Source: an uncultured Candidatus Peribacteria bacterium
GTDB taxonomy: Bacteria; Patescibacteriota; Gracilibacteria; UBA1369; LOWO2-01-FULL-3
Direction: 5' to 3'
Assembly (NCBI GenBank): GCA_964449945.1
Contig: CAYVBX010000002.1
Location: 10,203-56,855, forward strand
DNA: 46,653 bases
Both the position numbers and the translations under genes were made by a program. A model generated the notes under the pieces. That model ran no database searches. It saw nothing but the letters and a program-made list of their open reading frames with translations, and was not told where the DNA came from. Numbering within the stretch: the first letter of the stretch is position 1; every line of letters starts with the position of its first letter. Positions 1-7,025 of the stretch are shown piece after piece.

Positions 1-105
1 GTGCTGGTAGTGCGGGAAGAGGATCAGAGTCTGTAGGCGATGCAAGTGCTGGTAGAGCGGGAAGAGGAGCAGAGTCTGCAGGGGAGGCAGGTGCTGGAAG
101 AGCGG
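1..105 (+). repeat. 45-bp in-frame tandem repeat (about 2.3 copies visible) encoding a 15-aa Gly/Ala/Ser/Arg unit
   Basis: Units start at 1, 46 and 91, each beginning gtgctgg(t/a)ag(t/a)gcgg; peptides AGSAGRGSESVGDAS / AGRAGRGAESAGEAG / AGRA. GC-rich relative to the rest of the window. Confidence 0.9.
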
Positions 106-1559
106 TTAATGTTTCAGATGAAGATTTTTGGAAATTTGAACAATATCAGAGAACGAAAGAAGTTCCGTCTTTTTCAATAGAAAAAGGTCCAAATGGAGTT
201 TCTCTTTTTGAGGGGCAACCTTTGGTGGAAGGAGGGATAATAAAATTTAAAGGGAAAGAATTTAGGGTATTAAGGTTTAAAGAAAAATATTTTACTATTA
301 AGTCGTTAGATGAAACACTTTCTCTTGTGTTTTCTCGATATGAGAATAATATTTTCAAGTTGCACCCAGATCAAATAGATGGATTGCTTCGTATAAATGT
401 TAAAGTTTCTGATGCGATTACTTCAATGAGTCAAAGAGTTAATGAAGTTGTTTCGAAAAAAAGAGTTCTTAGGGATGTTTTGCCAAGTAATGCTGAGAGT
501 GTTCAGGTGAGAGCCGTGTTTGCTCAGTTAAAAAATTCTGATGAATGGCTCAGAAATCAAGGGCCACTAGTTAAAAATTTGTTTGATGATGGGTTTATTC
601 CTTCTCATGTTTTTGAACAAGGTGATTTGCGTATGTATTATTCCTCTCCCGTTTTAGACCAAAATGGTAGACCTATTGTTGTTGCTTATGCTGAAAAAAA
701 TGGCGAGTTGAGCAGAAGAGTTTTTTATAGATCAAATTCGGATGGAACTTGGAGAGGAACTCCAGGTTTTGACCGTGTTTATTCAAAGGGACTGGGTTCT
801 ATTGATGATTTTCATTATACACAAACGACAAAAGTTGCAGAACAATTGGCTGATGCCTTCGATAATCTTACTTTGAATACTAGATCTTTGAGGGTTTATG
901 ATGGAGGTGATATAATTATAAAATATTTTCATAAGGAATCTCCTTATTCTAATTTTCAAGTTTTTGCACAAGAGTCAAAAAATATTAGAATTTCTGAGTT
1001 TAGTGATGTTAATTCTTGGCACTTAAAGCCAGGTTATGCTTTGGATGACGCGAATTATCCTGGTAAAAGCCCTCAGCAGTTAGTTCAGGTTCATGTAGAT
1101 GCTGTATCTATTATTGAGAATAGAGGTGTTTTACCCGATTTCAGAAATAATCCGACTAGGGAATATAAAATTGTACATTCTCTAATTTCGGAAAATTCTT
1201 CAGGCGTTTTTAAGAAAGATATTAAAGTTGAGGTTTTTGAAACTCAATTAAACGGTCGTGTCGTTGAGTGGCATATGGCAAGTAGCCCTGATGGAAATTA
1301 TGTGTGGGCAGATAAAATTCGCTTTAAGGATCAAAAAGTTACTTCTTTTGGGACAGATTCGGAAGTGTTAGATACTGGGGTTTTGACTAGTAAGCCAATT
1401 GAGCATCAAAGTCAAGTATCTGGTTTATCAAGAAGCCCTTATGTTCGTTCAGTTAGTAATGGAGATTATTTTGATATTTCAAGATATCTAGATGAATTAC
1501 CTCATATTAAAAATTACAGAATAAATCGAAATATTAGGCGTGTTCAACTAGCATCATAA
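3..1559 (+). CDS. C-terminal part (>518 aa, 5'-truncated by window edge) of a large hypothetical protein: repeat linker plus unassigned C-terminal domain
   Basis: The frame of track ORF 222..1559 stays open back to nt 3 (AGSAGRGSESVGDASAGRAGRGAESAGEAGAGRAVNVSDEDFWKFEQ...), so TTG at 222 is not the true start. Ends at TAA 1559. Confidence 0.85.
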   Translation, partial: AGSAGRGSESVGDASAGRAGRGAESAGEAGAGRAVNVSDEDFWKFEQYQRTKEVPSFSIEKGPNGVSLFEGQPLVEGGIIKFKGKEFRVLRFKEKYFTIKSLDETLSLVFSRYENNIFKLHPDQIDGLLRINVKVSDAITSMSQRVNEVVSKKRVLRDVLPSNAESVQVRAVFAQLKNSDEWLRNQGPLVKNLFDDGFIPSHVFEQGDLRMYYSSPVLDQNGRPIVVAYAEKNGELSRRVFYRSNSDGTWRGTPGFDRVYSKGLGSIDDFHYTQTTKVAEQLADAFDNLTLNTRSLRVYDGGDIIIKYFHKESPYSNFQVFAQESKNIRISEFSDVNSWHLKPGYALDDANYPGKSPQQLVQVHVDAVSIIENRGVLPDFRNNPTREYKIVHSLISENSSGVFKKDIKVEVFETQLNGRVVEWHMASSPDGNYVWADKIRFKDQKVTSFGTDSEVLDTGVLTSKPIEHQSQVSGLSRSPYVRSVSNGDYFDISRYLDELPHIKNYRINRNIRRVQLAS

Positions 1560-1568
1560 TTAAAATAT

Positions 1569-1937
1569 ATGGCAAAAATTTATAATTTATCTGACTATTT
1601 AAAAGATAGAGAAAAAAAAGGAGAAACTAGAAATAAAAGTGAACTAGAAATAAGTAATGAAGCTTTTAAGAAAAGGTTTTCGGAATGTATAGCTGATCGC
1701 ATGTGGTATGATTATCCAGAGGGGGTTCAAGAATATTTTTCTAAAGAAATATTGACTTTTGTATCAAATGCAAAAAAAATTGATATTGATTTGTTGTCTT
1801 TTTATAAAGGTGGTGCAATGGTTGATGAAAATGGTGTCTATAGTTTTATTGTTGATGTTAAAGGTTTTAGTTCTGTTATAATACTAGCTGATTTTTGGAA
1901 TCAAAAATTGATTAATTTAAGATTTTATGAAGGTTGA
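1569..1937 (+). CDS. Small hypothetical protein (122 aa), possible immunity/partner protein of the upstream ORF
   Basis: ATG 9 bp after the upstream stop, same strand; soluble; no recognised motif. Confidence 0.7.
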   Translation: MAKIYNLSDYLKDREKKGETRNKSELEISNEAFKKRFSECIADRMWYDYPEGVQEYFSKEILTFVSNAKKIDIDLLSFYKGGAMVDENGVYSFIVDVKGFSSVIILADFWNQKLINLRFYEG

Positions 1938-2016
1938 GTTGTTTACCTTTGAATGTTTTATTGTTTTTATATTTTGATGAAAGACTATATTGTTATATAT
2001 TTTCGTGTTGGTCTTT

Positions 2017-2093
2017 AATGTGTCTGTGTAATAGTTTTTTAATCAGGCATATGTTTTTTGGTGAGTGGGTGGCTTAAATGTGTCTGTGTAATA
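2017..2093. repeat. 17-bp perfect direct repeat, 60-bp period, intergenic
   Basis: aatgtgtctgtgtaata at 2017-2033 and 2077-2093; each copy is followed shortly by gttttttaatc. Confidence 0.85.
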
Positions 2094-2111
2094 ATTTGTT
2101 TTTTAATCTAT

Positions 2112-2154
2112 CAAAAAAAGACTTGTTGTTTTTTTTACTAACAAATCTTTTTTG
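2112..2154. terminator. Probable bidirectional intrinsic terminator between convergent genes
   Basis: Imperfect inverted repeat caaaaaaagacttgtt ... aacaaatcttttttg, 17 bp past the stop of 2172..2951(-). Confidence 0.55.
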
Positions 2155-2171
2155 TTTGATTTTGTAAATTT

Positions 2172-2951
2172 CTAATAAACAGTAATTCCGTGAGATTCTT
2201 TTGAATTATCGTTTTCTAGTGTTTCCGCTATAATTGTTTTTGCTAAAAATTCATTGTCTCCTAGTTCTTGTGGTCTATATCTTTTTTCTATAGCTGGGTT
2301 TTGATTTTCTTCGTACTTTGATTTCATTTGAAGAACGAATTCTTGCATTTTCCAGTTGCCATTGTTGTCCATTGTTATTGAAAGAACTTGTCTAGAATTA
2401 GGAATTTTAATGTCAAATGAATTGTTAAGGTGATAACGGTTTTGAAATTTTGAATAACGATTTATATCTACTTTTCCACCTTTTAATTTTTTCAGTTCCG
2501 ACATGAAGTTGATTAACTTTTTTTCTGGAGCTTCACTCATTTCAAGGATATTTAATAAAGCTCTTAGGGTTTTTTTTCCTATTTTCCCGTCAATTTCTCC
2601 TTCTGGCATTCCTAAAGCTCTTTGAAAATCTTTTACTTTTTCTGTTGGTCCATCTTCTCCTAAAAAAGTTAGATTTAAAACATTCCAATCACCACTTCTA
2701 TAATCAAGATATTTTTGAATTTCACTTTTTAATTGGGTTTCTGTGCCTTGATGGATTATTTTCCCGTTTATTATCTTTATGTTAAAATTTTCAAATGTAC
2801 CTTCTACTTCAGGATCACCAATCATTGTCTTTCCTGTATCATCCTCCATCCTAGTTATTTTTTTTCGATTTTCCTCCTTTTTTGACTCGAGTTTTTTTGG
2901 TTGTTGCGGTTCTCGGGATGGTTTGGAGGAGGGGGTGTTGAAAGTTGGCAT
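2172..2951 (-). CDS. Hypothetical protein with a peptidoglycan-binding (PG_binding_1/PGBD-like) domain
   Basis: GEDGPTEKVKDFQRALGMPEGEIDGKIGKKTLRAL fits the PGBD pattern V..xQ..L....DG..G..T..A; Pro/Ser/charged N-terminus; no signal peptide. Confidence 0.7.
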   Translation of the reverse strand: MPTFNTPSSKPSREPQQPKKLESKKEENRKKITRMEDDTGKTMIGDPEVEGTFENFNIKIINGKIIHQGTETQLKSEIQKYLDYRSGDWNVLNLTFLGEDGPTEKVKDFQRALGMPEGEIDGKIGKKTLRALLNILEMSEAPEKKLINFMSELKKLKGGKVDINRYSKFQNRYHLNNSFDIKIPNSRQVLSITMDNNGNWKMQEFVLQMKSKYEENQNPAIEKRYRPQELGDNEFLAKTIIAETLENDNSKESHGITVY

Positions 2952-2990
2952 AGTTTTTTTGTTAATGGGGTATAATTTTTTTATCCTATT

Positions 2991-3019
2991 ATAATATCAT
3001 TTTTTTAATAATTTTGCAA
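2991..3019 (-). promoter_or_regulatory. Putative sigma70 promoter of the PGBD gene
   Basis: Minus strand TTGCAA-17 bp-TATTAT with TG extension, about 40 nt upstream of ATG 2951. Confidence 0.4.
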
Positions 3020-3143
3020 GAATGAATTTTGTCTTGTTTATATAGTTTGGTTTTATGGCCTTAAATAAATCTTTAGAGCAAACGCTTTTTGTTTTGAAAA
3101 ATTTTTTTATTATATTTCTTTATAGAGCATTTTTTCTTGAAAT

Positions 3144-3172
3144 TTGACTTCCTACTCCCTTTTTTCTAAACT
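3144..3172 (+). promoter_or_regulatory. Putative sigma70 promoter of gatCA
   Basis: TTGACT (3144-3149)-17 bp-TAAACT (3167-3172), 24 nt before the gatC ATG. Confidence 0.45.
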
Positions 3173-3196
3173 CTTTTTGTAATTAATTTTAGTTTT

Positions 3197-3484
3197 ATGA
3201 TTGATGAAAAAGATGTCTTGCATATGGGGAAATTGGCTAGGATTGAATTGACTGGGGATGAAGTGCGAAAATTTTCGAAGGATTTGAGTGCGGTTTTTGA
3301 GTATATGGAGGTTTTAAATGAAGTTAATACCGATGATCTTCCTGAAATTAGTCAGGTTAATGGGCTTTCGAGTGTTTTTGAAGAGGATGTTGTTGTTGCT
3401 AGTGATTGCTTGCCTGCGGAGCTTCTTTCGCAGAGTCAAAATCCAGTTGAGTTAAATCAGATTAAGGTTTCGAAGGTCGTTTAA
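3197..3484 (+). CDS. gatC: Asp-tRNA(Asn)/Glu-tRNA(Gln) amidotransferase subunit C
   Basis: 95 aa, MIDEKDVLHMGKLARIEL...F.YME.LNEVNT pattern; directly upstream of gatA. Confidence 0.93.
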   Translation: MIDEKDVLHMGKLARIELTGDEVRKFSKDLSAVFEYMEVLNEVNTDDLPEISQVNGLSSVFEEDVVVASDCLPAELLSQSQNPVELNQIKVSKVV

Positions 3485-3552
3485 ATGGCTTAGGGTTAGT
3501 CCTTTGGGAATTTTAATTCTTGAATTTTAAATATTTTACTAAAAATTAAAAA

Positions 3553-4980
3553 ATGTCGGATTTACATAAACTTGGTCTTAAAGAAGTACTTGATGGGGTG
3601 AAGAATAAAACTTTTTCTTGCGAGGAATTGGTGAGAGAAACACTTTCTGTTTGCGAAGAAAAGTCGGAGCTGAATAGTTTTATTGTTCTTGATAAAGAGG
3701 GAGCTTTAAATAAGGCAAAAGAGTTGGATAGAAAAATTGCTCAAGAAGAGGCGGTTGGTGCTTTGGCTGGAGCTTTGGTTGGCGTTAAGGATATTATTTG
3801 CGTGAAGGGCTTAAAAAATACTTGTGCTTCTAAGATGCTTGAAAATTTTGTTCCTCCATATAATGCAACAGTTGTTTCAAGGCTTCTTTCTGAAGATGCA
3901 ATTGTTATTGGAAAGACAAATACTGATGAATTTGCGTGTGGTGGCTCGACTGAGACTTCTTTTTTTGGAGTAACAAAAAATCCTTATGACTTGGAAAGAG
4001 TTGCGGGAGGGTCTTCTGGGGGAAGTGCTGTAGCGGTTTCTGCGGATTTATGTACTTTTGCTTTAGGAACTGATACAGGTGGGTCGATAAGACAGCCTGC
4101 GTCTTTTTGTAATGTTTATGGACTTAAGCCAAGTTATGGGCTTGTTTCTAGGTCTGGAGTTGTTTCGATGGCTTCTTCATGGGACACGATAGGACATTTT
4201 GCGAAAAGTGTTGAAGATTTAGCAACAGTTTTAAATATTATTGCTGGAAAGGATCGAAAGGACTCGACTAGTGTTGAAAAAACTAGTGATGATTATAGGG
4301 AATTTTTGGGAAGAGGTGTTTCTGGGGTTAAAATCGGTGTTCCTGAGGAGTATTTTGCTGAAGGTGTTGAGGCGGAGACTTCTGAAATTGTTAAAGGTCG
4401 GATTTTGGAACTCGAAAAACAAGGTGCAGAAATTGTTCCAATTTCCCTTTCAATGACAAAATATGCGCTTTCGGTTTACTATATTTCGATGCCAGCTGAG
4501 CTTTCGGCGAATTTAGAGCGATTTGATGGTGTTCGCTATGGGCATAAGCCAAAAGAATACTCGGATATTGTTGATTATTATTTTAAGGCTCGAGGAGAGG
4601 GCTTTGGTGCGGAGATTAAAAGGCGGATAATTACGGGAACTTATGTGCTTTCAGCTGGATACTATGATGCTTATTATAAAAAAGCGCAGAAGGTAAGAGG
4701 GCTAATTATTGAGGATTTTAAAAAGGCTTTTGAAAAGTGTGATGTTTTGATTGCGCCGGTTTCGCCTTTTCCTGCTTTTAAAATTGGTGAAAAGGCTGAT
4801 AATCCACTTGGAATGTATATGGCGGATATTTTGACAATTCCAGTTAGTGCTGGCGGTTTTCCTTCTTTGGCTTGTCCTGCTGGTTTTTCGAAAGATGGGC
4901 TTCCAATTGGGCTTCAGATAATTGGACCTTATTTGGGCGAGGGAAAGTGTATCAGGGTTGCGGATGCGATTAGTATTTAG
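3553..4980 (+). CDS. gatA: Asp-tRNA(Asn)/Glu-tRNA(Gln) amidotransferase subunit A
   Basis: Amidase signature GKTNTDEFACG, GGSSGGSA, GTDTGGSIRQPASFC; GatA motifs RFDGVRYG and EIKRRIITGTYVLSAGYYDAYY. Confidence 0.97.
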   Translation: MSDLHKLGLKEVLDGVKNKTFSCEELVRETLSVCEEKSELNSFIVLDKEGALNKAKELDRKIAQEEAVGALAGALVGVKDIICVKGLKNTCASKMLENFVPPYNATVVSRLLSEDAIVIGKTNTDEFACGGSTETSFFGVTKNPYDLERVAGGSSGGSAVAVSADLCTFALGTDTGGSIRQPASFCNVYGLKPSYGLVSRSGVVSMASSWDTIGHFAKSVEDLATVLNIIAGKDRKDSTSVEKTSDDYREFLGRGVSGVKIGVPEEYFAEGVEAETSEIVKGRILELEKQGAEIVPISLSMTKYALSVYYISMPAELSANLERFDGVRYGHKPKEYSDIVDYYFKARGEGFGAEIKRRIITGTYVLSAGYYDAYYKKAQKVRGLIIEDFKKAFEKCDVLIAPVSPFPAFKIGEKADNPLGMYMADILTIPVSAGGFPSLACPAGFSKDGLPIGLQIIGPYLGEGKCIRVADAISI

Positions 4981-5090
4981 TTGAGTTTTGTTTTTTATAA
5001 AAATATGGATATTTTTTAGTTTTAATAATCTGTTGAAGATTTTTTTATTTTTGATAATATTTTTGTTGTAAAAATTAACTACGATTTTTT

Positions 5091-5981
5091 ATGAACTTAC
5101 AGCTTGTTGAGGTTTTAGAGAAAGTGGGGCTTAATTCGAAGGAGGCGAAGGTTTATTTGGCACTTGTTCAAGTTGGGCAAGCGCAGGTTTCGAAAATTGC
5201 TGAAATTTCTAAAATAAATAGAATTACGACTTATGATATTTTGGAAAAATTGAAAAAAAGAGGAATAGTTTCTTCCTTTGTTAAAAATAAAATTAGATAT
5301 TTTAATGCGATTAAGCCAGAAGTATTTGTTTCAGATTTTGAAAAAAGAGCTTATGATTTGAAAAACGCTTTGCCAAAATTTAAGGAAATAATGGGGGAGG
5401 ATACAAGTGTTAATATAAGGCATATTGAAGGCATTGATGGGGTTAAGGCTATTTATTTGGAAGCTTTAAATTCTAAGAATGATAATGCTGAAATTTTATC
5501 TATATTTAATTATGAAAATTTATATAGTTTTTGGCCCGAGTTTGAAAAAGAGTTTTTAAAGAAAAAACAAAAAAAACAAATTTTTTCTAGAAACATTGTG
5601 GTTGATGAAAGAGATCCTTCTGAGCTTTTGGTGGATGACGGTAGGTTTTATCAAGAAACGAGGGTTGTTCCGAAAGGTTTTCGTTTTTCTTTTTCTAATG
5701 TGTTAATTTTTAATAATAAACTTGCAATTATTTCTTTTACAGATGATGTTTCAGGCGTGGTTTTTGAAGCTCCTTCGATTGTTCAAAGTTTTTTTAAAAT
5801 ATTTGAAATGATTTGGCAGTTTTGTGGAAAGGGTCAAGTATTGCTTGATAGTAAAGAAATAAAAAATAAAATGTTTGAGCCTCTTTCTGAGGAGGAATTG
5901 TCGAGATCAATTATGGAAATGTCAAAACCGCTTAGTCATGATAAAAAAGATGAAAAGGAAGATAATTTGAAGTTGTTTTAA
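5091..5981 (+). CDS. TrmB-family HTH transcriptional regulator
   Basis: N-terminal GLNSKEAKVYLAL...S.I.R.T.Y.ILEKLKKRGIV winged HTH; C-terminal effector-type domain (EG..G.K.IY ... IFNNKLAIISF ... F..IW). Confidence 0.88.
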   Translation: MNLQLVEVLEKVGLNSKEAKVYLALVQVGQAQVSKIAEISKINRITTYDILEKLKKRGIVSSFVKNKIRYFNAIKPEVFVSDFEKRAYDLKNALPKFKEIMGEDTSVNIRHIEGIDGVKAIYLEALNSKNDNAEILSIFNYENLYSFWPEFEKEFLKKKQKKQIFSRNIVVDERDPSELLVDDGRFYQETRVVPKGFRFSFSNVLIFNNKLAIISFTDDVSGVVFEAPSIVQSFFKIFEMIWQFCGKGQVLLDSKEIKNKMFEPLSEEELSRSIMEMSKPLSHDKKDEKEDNLKLF

Positions 5982-6952
5982 TATTTACTTGATGCTTTTC
6001 GAATAAAATCTTCAATTGCATAAATTAATTCACTTGAATTATTTGCACTTGTAGTGATTTTTCCTGTTTTTGTTTGAATTTCAATTTCTAAAAGGTGTTC
6101 ATATATTTTGGCAAGTTTTTCTTTGCAAAAATTCTTTGTTTGTGGGATTGCAAGCTCTACAGGGTATCTCTTAAATCCTGTTTTTTTTAGAATTTCGGCT
6201 TTATTAAATTTTTTTTCAAGCAGGTCTTTGGTTGTTATTAAAATTCTAAATTGTCTTATTATCATGTTGAATATGAAAAATGGGTCTTCTCCTGATTCGG
6301 ATATTTTTTTTAATGTTTTTATTGCAAGTTCTTCTTTTTTGTTTGATATTGCTTCTGTAAGGTTGAAAATTGACAAAGAAATGGATTCTTTGCATAAGTC
6401 TTCTATCATTTTTTCTGTTAGTTTTTTTCCATTTGCATAAGTTTGTATTTTTTTAATCTCACTTATGAGTCTGTTTTCGTCAAAGCTTGAAGTGTGATTT
6501 ATTAGCTTTCTTGCAAAGGAAATTTCAGCTTCAATATTTTTTTTCTTTAAATAATTGGAAAGCCAAATTTGTGCATTTGATCTTTCTAAGTTTGAAAATT
6601 CGTAAATTGTTGCGATTTTTTTTAGTTTTTTGTATGAAACAAGTCTTTTATCTAAGGACTTGTTTTCATATATTATAATTTTGTTGAATTCTTTGCTTTT
6701 TTCAAGTTCTGTCGCAAGTATTTCTTGTTCTTCTTTTTGGCTTTCACTAAAAAAATTTTTAAGAAGTATAACTCTTTGATCACATAAAAAGGGGACTGTA
6801 TTTAGGTTTGTTGAAAAATTTTTTATGTCTAAATTTTTACCAGTGTATGTTTCAATTTCTGAAAGCTCAAAATCTTTAAGCATTTCATTTAGTTTTTCTT
6901 TGCTTTGATAAGTGTTTGTTCCGTTTATTAAAAAAATGTTTTTCATAACCAT
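5978..6952 (-). CDS. holA: DNA polymerase III delta subunit
   Basis: IFLINGTN, TVPFLCDQRVILLK, LDKRL, EIKKIQTY, SIFNLTEAI, IIRQFRILI, IQTKTG; 324 aa. 4-bp 3' overlap with the TrmB gene. Confidence 0.88.
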   Translation of the reverse strand: MVMKNIFLINGTNTYQSKEKLNEMLKDFELSEIETYTGKNLDIKNFSTNLNTVPFLCDQRVILLKNFFSESQKEEQEILATELEKSKEFNKIIIYENKSLDKRLVSYKKLKKIATIYEFSNLERSNAQIWLSNYLKKKNIEAEISFARKLINHTSSFDENRLISEIKKIQTYANGKKLTEKMIEDLCKESISLSIFNLTEAISNKKEELAIKTLKKISESGEDPFFIFNMIIRQFRILITTKDLLEKKFNKAEILKKTGFKRYPVELAIPQTKNFCKEKLAKIYEHLLEIEIQTKTGKITTSANNSSELIYAIEDFIRKASSKY

Positions 6953-6982
6953 AAGTATTCTTATTTTTATGAATTTGGCAAG

Positions 6983-7016
6983 AAAAAAGCCCCCACCTTA
7001 AAGATGGGAGCTTTTT
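6983..7016 (-). terminator. Intrinsic terminator of the giant two-gene operon
   Basis: Minus-strand RNA GCUCCCAUC-UUUAA-GGUGGGGGC followed by UUUUUU, about 10 nt after the stop at 7026. The G-U pairs only form on the minus strand. Confidence 0.85.
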
Positions 7017-7025
7017 AAATTTTTT

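Noticed and set aside
1540-1559. C-terminal ...VQLAS as an ssrA-like degron
   Set aside because: A three-residue resemblance to LAA is too weak to support without ortholog conservation.
2017-2093. Mini CRISPR array
   Set aside because: Only two 17-bp copies, no palindromic repeat structure and no cas genes in the window.
3197-4980. Missing gatB as a sign of a novel amidase function
   Set aside because: Split gatCA/gatB arrangements are common and gatB may lie outside the window; the GatA motifs are canonical.
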